This document shows positions 38,730 to 47,958 of a stretch of 64,000 nucleotides of DNA, piece after piece. How positions within the stretch are numbered: the stretch's first letter is position 1; each line of letters opens with the position of its first letter. This stretch comes from Curvularia clavata (lineage: Eukaryota), in NCBI GenBank assembly GCA_023920165.1, contig CP089281.1:496001-560000 (forward strand), given 5' to 3'. The notes beneath the pieces were generated by a model. It did not search any database. It had not been told where the DNA came from and was given only the letters and a program-made list of their open reading frames with translations. A program made the position numbers and the translations under genes.

Positions 38730-38741
38730 CGTAATGTGGGG
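38730..38741 (+). promoter_or_regulatory. One-mismatch motif CGT-AAT-GTGGGG in the divergent LigB/TF promoter
   Basis: Plus strand CGTAATGTGGGG. Confidence 0.45.
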
Positions 38742-39081
38742 GAGGGTTGGAAGAGATGGATATGGGCCCCATGGCGCTAACCGCAAAGCTCATGTGCGTC
38801 TTAGATTGTGCATATTGTTGGCTAGGGGCAGCGGGCAGAAGCCGGAAAAGGACCGCGTGGCATTGCAAGCGTGGATGGGGTGTGACCAAGGAGAGGATGC
38901 CAAGCAGGCTCTGCCATGTAGCCGCGAGTTAATGTGAAACTAGGAGAGCCCGGGCCCGCCGCGGCTCGGCATGCTCACATGGATGCAGACGCCGACTCCG
39001 CATTCTCTCCCCACACACCAACTTTATCTCCCTCCACTTCCCAGGCCCGATGCTGTCCCTCACCCGATAGCAACTCGCTCC

Positions 39082-42000
39082 ATGATGCAGGCCAGCCCAC
39101 CTCAACCAAAGCCGCTGCCCGCTCATGCCGAAATCGACGCCGAGCACGCCCGCCTGTTCCAGTGCAGCACGTGCAAGCGCTCCTTCACCCGGGCAGATCA
39201 TCTCACCAGACACGTGAGAGCGCGTAAGTCTTCGTCCCACTCGTCCCCGGACGCGAGAAAGGCAAGGTTTCTACTGGTAATACCCTCAAGTCGTCCTCCG
39301 CCTATTACTCGCAACCGACTCGGACGCCTCACCACCTATGCCCTTGCACATTCCACGTCCTTTTAGTTGTAGTTATGCCTCAAAGGTACCCGCCTGTTTT
39401 GTTCCCGTACCAACAAGATAGCTGTCTTGTTGCCTGCTACATGCATGACTTCAGACATCTTTTGGACCCCTGGCTGACCCAGCTCCAACAGACACAAAGT
39501 CCAAGCCGTATATTTGCCCAGTGTGCTCCAAGGGCTTTGCTCGCATGTAAGTACTGCTTAGTATGGCTGTTTCCATCCTCCTCTCGTCGCCCTTGCCAGA
39601 CTCGTCTGACATGCTGCAGTGACTTGCTTAAGCGACATGTAGCAAATCACGATACAGAACCCGCCAGCAAGCGACAGAAGCGCGAAATCTCCCGCGACAC
39701 CAGAGTGGTCCAAGCCTGCGAGGCTTGTTCGCAAAGCCATCTCCGATGCGAAGACGAGAAGCCATGCAGTCGGTGCAAAAAGAAGAAGATTCCCTGCAGG
39801 GTGCCGGATGCGATTCCTGGAGATGACAATGAGGTCCATGAAATTGATGCTGTGCATGCAGCACAGGACTTGCTCGATTTGTCCAACGGCTTCGACTACC
39901 CCTCATCGTTGCCGGGTCAGGGCGGAAGTGCGAATCCATCGGCCTCTGCAACTTCACAGACACCAGAACCTTTTCATGGTTCTGCTGGGCGCAGAGCATC
40001 CGAGGCGAACGCACCCGTCATAAACGCCATGCAACCGCCGCCGCCCAACATTGCTAACGGCCTTGTTCCCATGGACCATCAGTTCGAAGGCCAGGACCCT
40101 ACATCGTCCATGGCCTTTTTTGATAACTCGATCCAGCCCTTTGGCCATACGCCTGGTCAAAATTCTTTCCTGCCAGACTACTTTCGAAACATGCCGCCAT
40201 TCGAGTCTTTCCTTTCTGGACAGGCTACCCCACGTGGCATACTGGACCTCAGTTTTGACATTGACGTTGGTCTCACTGACCTTGATCTTGGATTACTTGA
40301 TCAATACAACTTTCAAGTTCCTTTTGCTGCAGACACGCCATCTACAGATGCTCAAGGTATGGAAAATCATAACCCAGAAACCGACACAGCACCAGGAAGA
40401 GCAGAAGCTTTCAAGCAGAGCGTATGGCGCTACCTTCCTCAGAGCTCTAGAAACCCTGTGGCAGAGCAAGTAAACTTGGCCTTTTCCGATACCGAAAGAG
40501 ACAGCCACAGGCGGTCGCACATCGCACACCGCCGCGTCATATCAGAAAAGTAAGCATGCATCCTATAGAATGACTGGTTCTGTTGCTAATGCTACGTCAC
40601 CTTTGTCCACAGACTTTCTCGCGTCAGTCGTGACCAATTGATGGCCTTGGTCCTGGGAACATGCACTCCGGAGAATGTCAAACGAATCGCATTAGCCTTT
40701 CCCAGTATAGAGTTACTCGATGGGCTGATTCAATACTTTCTCTCTTCCCCATCCCTAGACGCGCCAATGTGGTTCCATCTCCCAACATTCTCTCCCTCGA
40801 AACTGAACCCAGAATTGCTTGCAAGTATAGCGTCAGCTGGAGCCGCGACTATTCCCGATGCATCATTACGAAAGCTTGGATATGCCCTTCACGAGGCATC
40901 TAGAATGGGCCAATCTAGAACTTTCGAGGACGACAACACAGCCATAAGAGACCTTCAACATCTTCAGACCTTCCTTCTTCAGCTCGGAGTGGGTATGTGG
41001 AGCGGTATCAGCAGAAAAATGGAGATTGCAGAAAGCTTTGCCCAGCCGCTGATAACTATGCTTCGGCGGGGCGGCCGCTTCCGGCGGTCGACATGGAAGG
41101 AAATCCGCCCGGAGCCAGACGAGCAAGGATCAGCTTTGGAAAGCAAATGGTTGAGTTGGGTAAACCAAGAGTCGTTCCTTCGCCTCGTCTATCGCGCCTT
41201 TGAGTTTGATAGGCAATCCTCCATGGCATTGCTCAAGCCACCATTGATATCTTATGCAGAGATGCAGCTTCCTTTACCAAGCTCCAACGCTTTATGGCAA
41301 GCTAAATCAGCAACCAGTTGGAAAGCGGCATACTTGAACATGGCGCCAACGGCAACAAAGAAACCCTCGCCATTCGAATGCTTTTTTAATCTGGAACATC
41401 TTGCTCACCATGAATATGCTAGTCAAGTTTTCCTCTATATGATATGGGGCGCGATTTGGGAATATCGCCAGATGTGCACGGTAGCGTCCAAGGCACCATC
41501 CGGATCAAACAACAGCCTCATACTCTCTTCGCGCTATCAGGATCTCATGAAACAGCTCGAGGACTTTAGGCTCAGCTGTCCGCCCACGAACAAGAGTGTT
41601 GAGATAATACTAGAAATCATGCTAGTCCATCTCAATGCGCCTTTGGACGAAATCCAGCTTTTTGCCGGCATCGAAGGACAGGAAGAGGCGCGCAGCGCAT
41701 ACCTTGGCCTGCGAGACTGGGCAAACACTGCGTCAGCACGTCAAGCGCTGTGGCACGCCGGCCAGGTATTACGCGCAGCTGAAGTGGTGCCAAAAGCCTT
41801 GTTGACCAACTTCAACGCCATTGCCGTCTATCATGCTGGGCTAATTCTATGGTGTTATGGATTTCTTAGGCGATCCGCTGCACTGGAATCAACACAGGTC
41901 GATACGACAGTCATACTTAATGGAGACGACTCCCTGAGCGCTCGCAAGTTCATCACATTAGATCGCGGTATCCCATCGATAAGAGCCTATGGGTCGCATA

Positions 42001-42146
42001 CACCGACGCAGTTGAATGATGTCTGTGGGGTTATGGATGGATTAATACATCTCCTTCGGGCACGTCACGATGCTTCAGAGCCGTCACCGCCACTGGTGGG
42101 GAACTTGGTCCAACTTCTGGAAGGTCTACGCTCTGCCATCAAATGA
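39082..42146 (+). CDS. Transcription factor with two C2H2 fingers, a Zn(II)2Cys6 cluster and a fungal-specific TF domain; exons 39082-39223, 39492-39546, 39620-40549, 40613-42146 (start may be 38971 or 38983)
   Basis: Spliced FQCSTCKRSFTRADHLTRHVRAH-TKSKP-YICPVCSKGFARIDLLKRHVANH, then ACEACSQSHLRCEDEKPCSRCKKKKIPC. C-terminal WFHLPTF, WVNQES..RL, LPLP...LWQA..A..W, ARQALWHAGQ. Confidence 0.92.
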
Positions 42147-42548
42147 CGACCTTAGTAATGCGAAAATGTTCAAGGTCCACCGACGCTGACAATCAGTCAA
42201 ACGCCGCTCGGCAGATACTGTTGATTCTTGTGAAGCTACTTGCTTGTTTTGGCAACATGCCCCCTTATCTCGCTGTATGCGCACAAATTTGAAGTGCATG
42301 CGCGTCCCTTGACCCCAACAACAGGCATACTTGTCGCGTCACATCACCATGCGTATGGCCAACGCTCAGATCCATCCAATCGGCCCGAGTGATGGTACAT
42401 ATACTAAGACTTTTGCGCAGGGTCACGAAGCTGCTCGTCCACTGTGGCGGCGGCTATATGCTGCGTTTTTGGCCGGCAGATCTAGACAGAGCTGAATCCC
42501 CGCCGTTTTAAGCCATATTGAGAATGGCCTTACTCACAGACATTCCAT

Positions 42549-42560
42549 CTCCACTTTCCG
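42549..42560 (-). promoter_or_regulatory. Composite motif CGG-AAA-GTGGAG upstream of the MFS transporter
   Basis: Plus strand CTCCACTTTCCG, ~260 nt before ATG 42820. Confidence 0.6.
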
Positions 42561-42819
42561 ACTTTACCCCAGACTGAGGGGACAGACTGGGGTAAACCCG
42601 AGGTGGATGCATCCAATGGATAGTCGTGAGGCAAGCCATCGCTGTTCTTATTGGTTGCAGACATGCAACTGCACGCGGACGCGGACGAGGGTTGGCAGTG
42701 TTCCTTCAAAAGCCGTGCAGTCTATATAGATTGAATAAGCTACCTAGTTCATAATCAACGATCACTGTCGGTTTTCTGTCCTGTCATCTTTTTTGTTTTG
42801 ATCGACATCGGCAGCCGCA

Positions 42820-44670
42820 ATGACATCTCTGAGTGCGGCGTTTAAGCTTTCCAAAGAGGAGGTCCGCAATGCCAGGCCCCCTGGAACAGCTACACTAGTT
42901 GGTGAGGCACGATAACAAAAATGCTCAGGATTGCAATAAGCTAACAACTGTTTCCCTCACCAGAACATCTCGAATTGACGGGAGTACAGACGAACAGAGA
43001 TGAAATTCGTCTGGTACCCCAGCCTGCGGCAGACCCGGCAGACCCGCTCAACCTGCCCATGTGGCGAAAGCTGGCAGTGCTGGCTGTCATGTCTATTCAC
43101 CCCTTTGTAGTGAACTTCACATCTTCATCGATAACGAGTGCTTTCCCGGTATATGCGTCGACGCCAGTACTGGGCCTCCCACCACAACCCTTTTCGAAAC
43201 TGAACTATTTCGCCGCCGTCAATATCCTCATGCTAGGAGCATCCAACCTGTGGTGGGTGCCCTTGTCCAACACATTTGGGCGCCGCCCAGTGGTGCTCGT
43301 GAGCCTGTTAATTCTGGTTTTCTCGAGCATGTGGGCAGGGTTGGCGACGAACTTTGGTAGTCTCTTAGCAGCGCGTACATTTATGGGCATTGGAGGAGGA
43401 CCTGCCGATGCTGTCAGCCCCGAGGTGATTGGCGAGGTATTCTTCGTTCATCAGCGCGGACGTGCAATGGTGTGTAGTTTAAGTGTCGATTTCGCAGAAG
43501 TAGGGTACTAACATGCTACGCGTAGGCTATCTACACTTTCTTTTTGGCTTTCGGGTCTCTTGTTGGTGGCTGTGTCGGTGGATACATTGTCGCATCCATG
43601 GGCCTCTCCTGGATACACTGGATGAACGTCCTCCTTTCCGCCATTACCTTCGTTCTCTGCCTCTTATTTCAAGCCGAAACACTGTACAACCGCCCACAAA
43701 CTTCAGTTGCGCCCGATTACGCCGTTGACAACAAGCAAACGGTAGACACCAAAGAGAGCGTTGTCGCCACTGGCACTGTGTCGCCAGCCTCATTCCCTCC
43801 ATACTCACATCTCCGCTCTCTGAGACTTATCTCTTATCAGTCAGGCATCGGTAAGAAGTTCTTAGCCCCGTACAAGACGCTTAGACTGCCTGGAGTATGG
43901 CTGGTGTCGGGCTGGTATGCTGGGCTCGTTGGACTTGTTGTGAGTAAAGATCGCTGCAAGAAACCATGGAAAGACGCTTGGCTGACTGATTTGATTGCAG
44001 GTTACCTCTTCAACAACTGGTCCTCAGTTTGTCGCTGCTCCACCATACCTCTGGGGTAAAGACGTTGGATTGGTTAACGCGGGCGGTCTCATCGGTGCTT
44101 TCCTTGGCTGCGTAAGTATTTTGACCCAGTATCTGCTTCCGCTCATCATCTAACGATCCTTCTTTCTATCTTTAGATTTATACTTACCTACTCACCGACT
44201 TCACCACCAAACGACTTGCAAAAAAGGACCTACACGGCTTTTCTGAGCCTGAATCCCGTCTCGTGACCGCCCTCCCTGCACTCTTCGCCGCCACAATCGG
44301 CTCCCTAATCTTCGGCTTTATCGCCCAGAACCCTTCGCCAAAGGGATGGGTAGGCCTCGAATTCGGATTCGGCCTCATCGCTTTTGGCCTCATGCAGGCA
44401 CCCTCTGTAGGCTTCAACTACATCATCGAGGCGTACGGTGCGCTTGGCGGAGACTGCTTCGTCGCCATTACTACGTCGAGGGCAATTGTCAGCTTTGCAT
44501 GGACCTTTTTCGTCGGAGATTGGTCAATGCACAGGGGCCCAGCTGAACCTTTTGGTATCTTTGCATTGCTCATGGGCTTGTTTGGCTTAATGACCATTCC
44601 AATGCTCATGTGGGGTAAGCGGTTGAGGATCTGGACGGCAAAGTGGGTCCCAGAGGGAAAGATGAATTAA
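42820..44670 (+). CDS. Major facilitator superfamily transporter; exons 42820-42901, 42964-43469, 43526-43939, 44001-44111, 44176-44670
   Basis: LVPQP..DPADPLN.P.WRK, motif A SNTFGRRPV, EVFFVHQRGRAM, ETLYNR, EPESRL and ~12 hydrophobic segments. Four canonical introns keep the frame. Confidence 0.9.
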
Positions 44671-44971
44671 GGTTCTCACGTCAGATGTCTTGGATTATGG
44701 GGCATGATTCTGGTACTTGTGGGGAAGAAGATGTAATCAAATCACGAACACATGCTCATTTAAAACCTTTATGAAGACTGAGTCCACCGTGTTCTTTGCT
44801 GCTGCTTAGGCCAACGCATTGTAAGGTATATGACTTTATAGTACAAAAGTGAAAGCTTTATATACAGTCAATATCTCCTTTTTTTCATCGAAGAAAACCG
44901 CGATTGCTCGATTGATTGATATGGCTATAGACAACACAAATGGACATGGTAATATATCAAAGGGAACATAT

Positions 44972-46526
44972 CTAGATAAACGCCATTTTCCTCAAGCCTG
45001 CTCTAATCCCAAAGAACAGCGTTGCCCCAATGCACGTCAACAGCGGAATACCGTACACGCCCAAGCCGACAAGGATACCCTGCTCAAAATATCCAATCGC
45101 AATCGACTCTTTCCGCTTCTTCTCCTTGATCTCCTGCGCGGCTCTGCTAAGCAACTCCGTCGCTGCCCTCGCCGAGTCCTTACCACCCAGCACCTTAGCC
45201 AGCGCCATTTGCGACGCAGGGGCAGTGATGTAAGCGGGAGACAGGCGGGTGAAATGCTGCTTTGTATACCTTTTCTCTACGTCAAAGGGTTGAGATGAGG
45301 GTGCCGCGGGGCCAAGCAGGAGGCGCAGTGGGATGTGGTTGGCAAATGAGGCGTCTGCAACAACGAACTGCGAGAGATACTTGTCTGTTTCTGGGGTACC
45401 GAAGTGATATCCTGCTAGCAGTGTCTCTTGAGGATCGAGATCTTCTTCTACAAGGCTGATGGCGTGTTCGAGGGAGGTGATGGATGAGACACAGAAAACA
45501 GGTTGCTGTGATTTTGGTGGCAGACTGAGGAGGTTTGAGAGGTCGACAATGGCACCGTTGTCGCCTTGCGTGACGACGTTGAGTTTCCAAGCTTTGCTTG
45601 AGCAGAGAGTCTGGAAAGTGGAGGATACGCGGGAGGAACGCTGAGTTTCTTTGGGATTGGTGGTGCCGTTGGAGACGCCACCAGAGCCGGCGAGGAAGCG
45701 GAAGGAGTGCTTGAGGACGTGCTCGAGGAAGTCTTTTTTGATGAATTCGTTGACGAGGACGATGTCAGGGGCGTAGGGAGATGTGCCACCGAAGGCGAAG
45801 CGTGCTGTGACGAGTTGTTCGGCGGCGGATGCTAGATCGGCTGTGCGGTCTACGATGGCGACTACTTTGCCTTGGGGTGACACGTGCTGTGAGTATGTCG
45901 GCTGTCTGATTTGTGTTTCTTGAAGCACTTGTAGGCATGCTGAGAGGGATTCTGATGGGGGGTCTGAGGAGATGGCGAGAAAGGTGTCTGATTCCAGGGC
46001 TTCAGCGAGCAGCTTGCGGAGTAAAGATGGAAGAGCACGGAGATTGTTTTCAAGCTGTGGTATTGTTAGTTGCGTGTGTGGATAGATAGTTGACGTTGAA
46101 GCTGACCTTCAGAGCCACACAAGCGCCTGCTGCTACAGCTGCGCTCAAAGGCGAGATGACTGAGAAGAAAGGCGTGTGGTCTTTTCGAGGCTCAATGTAT
46201 GCAACGCCCCAAGGAACTCTCCGATCACCAGCGTTTTTGCCCTTTGTAATTTGGTATTCGTCCTCTAGCTCTTTTGTAACATCAATGGACGCATAGTGCT
46301 CCTTGACCAGATCCAGCCCAATTGCGACCTCGGTAGTTGCTTCCTCGTCTGTTACATGCGTGTCTTGCTTGAGAGCATCTCGGATGGAACTACTATTATT
46401 TCGCAGCGTGTCATGCAGCGCCTTGAGCTGTTTCTGGCGGAAGAAGGCATTGTGGCAGCGCGCTGAGAGGGCCGTCGCCTGGAGACTGTCCAGCGCGGCT
46501 TCGGGGGTGATTGGCGACGACGACAT
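44972..46526 (-). CDS. Aldehyde dehydrogenase-like protein (class 3/fatty-ALDH-like fold) lacking catalytic residues, with a C-terminal TM anchor, 500 aa; exons 46526-46107 and 46054-44972
   Basis: FRQKQLKALH, RRVPWGVAYI, PLSAAVAAGACVALK, AIVDRTADLASAA, ARFAFGGTSPYAPDIVLV. Intron AAG|gtcagc...actaac...acag|CTT. Confidence 0.85.
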
Positions 46527-46701
46527 GATGGTAACTCCGAGACAGGCAACTAAGAAAACGACAACAGAAAGATGATTCAAGAGTGGGGAGAAAGCGACAA
46601 TCTCTACTTTGTAAGCTACAGGAAGTTCTCGGATCGCTTCGGTATTATTTCGAGCCCAAATGACCGGCAATGTGGTGAGACGATGGACAGGGAGAAGCTC
46701 C

Positions 46702-46713
46702 CCCCACATTCCG
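46702..46713 (-). promoter_or_regulatory. Composite motif CGG-AAT-GTGGGG in the divergent ALDH-like/small-protein promoter
   Basis: Plus strand CCCCACATTCCG, near the middle of the 413-nt intergenic region. Confidence 0.65.
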
Positions 46714-46939
46714 AGGATGAACAACGCCCCACCCCAGACTGACCCTGTCTCTCCCGTCCCACCCGCCGCCGCGGTGTCTCCGCGTTTGCAAGCGTCGGAA
46801 AGTGTTCTATTGTAGTTCCGACCTTGTTGCTTACGATTCCCAGACCTGTTACTTTCGCTGACTGCAACCGTCCTGTTTCTGCGGCCGTATCCCAACTATC
46901 CCACGAGAAACGGGACGAAAGAAGCGCACTGCAATCAAG

Positions 46940-47356
46940 ATGTCAGTAACAACGACAGCAAACCCGATTCACTACACTCTCGAAGCGACGCTTGCAGACT
47001 ACGATCTTCACCACACCGACGACCATGATACCAGTTTGAACTCGCATCCCAATCCGGCCCCAAATGCGCAGAATCCAAGTCACTGGCCAGCGGACCATCG
47101 TCGCGTGCCTGCATACCGCCCAATTAACAGGGAGCTGGACCAAAGCGAGAGGAGGGTGTACTTGAACGGAATCGAGCAAGCCTTTGTAGGCGTCATGTTT
47201 ACGGGTGTATTCCTCGAATCGGTGAGTTCTCTGAAGCACATAGAGTAAGTAGGTTGTGAAGAGGCTAATTAGCGATTACAGGCTGTATCCAAGATTTGGC
47301 GAAATTCCTTGGGACGCGTATGGAATGTTGGATACAAGATCGGTGGAGAGTGGTGA
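46940..47356 (+). CDS. Small hypothetical protein, 118 aa, with one hydrophobic segment; exons 46940-47221 and 47282-47356
   Basis: ATG in aagATGt context; intron gtgagt...gctaat...acag. Spliced C-terminus WPADHRRVPAYRPINRELDQSERRVY...AFVGVMFTGVFLES-AVSKIWRNSLGRVWNVGYKIGGEW*. Confidence 0.75.
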
Positions 47357-47772
47357 AAAGGCCGTCTTCGTGGGTGCTTTGTTTGTCAGATTCTGCTTTA
47401 GTCTTCTTGTTTCAATTCCAATTTCAGCTAAAGGAGAATATCGCTTTTTATTCTGCTTTACGGCTCATGTGTTCCAAGCGTACTACATTCGGGATGAAAA
47501 TGGCAACCTTCTCAGTCTGGCGAGATGATTGCTGACTGCCTGTATCTACACCTCTTCATTATTCGAATGTGTTCACACATGCCTCGTTGGTATGCTGACA
47601 TGCATGGTAATCTCATGGTGTGTTACACCGGATGCAGCATCGATATGGTAGTCACCATACGTCCAATTATCCGATCCTCTTAAAGTCCATTCACACGCGA
47701 TATCGACCACACTCTGGAGCGCGTGGGAACCGAACAGGCGATTTCTGGAGTCAGCTGCTGCAAGCCCACTTG

Positions 47773-47784
47773 CGGGAAGTGGAG
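47773..47784 (+). promoter_or_regulatory. Composite motif CGG-GAA-GTGGAG upstream of the monooxygenase-ADC fusion
   Basis: Plus strand CGGGAAGTGGAG, ~175 nt before ATG 47959. Confidence 0.6.
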
Positions 47785-47958
47785 GTGGGCTGCTTTTCGC
47801 CTACCGAATCTTGGTGCAGTTGACTGCCTTGGTATCAAAACCAGAGCAGCCAGATCCGCGGCTGTCGTTCTGCATATTACGCTTCCTTCTTACTCTTCAA
47901 CACTTGCAGTGTTTCATGCCACTTCTCCATTCTTTGCAAAGCACCTTTACTCATCACC

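Noticed and set aside
39082..42146. Calling the TF Cmr1/Amr1 (melanin regulator)
   Set aside because: It shares only the domain architecture. No PKS or hydroxynaphthalene reductase is adjacent, and the context is a catabolic cluster.
46527..46895. N-terminal extension of the ALDH-like ORF shown in the ORF track
   Set aside because: It begins at a non-ATG codon and runs through the divergent promoter containing the operator motif. ALDH similarity starts after ATG 46526.
35195..47784. Explaining the shared promoter motif as CreA (SYGGRG) sites only
   Set aside because: GTGGRG fits CreA, but that does not explain the CGG at a fixed 3-nt spacing in four promoters. Overlap with CreA remains possible.
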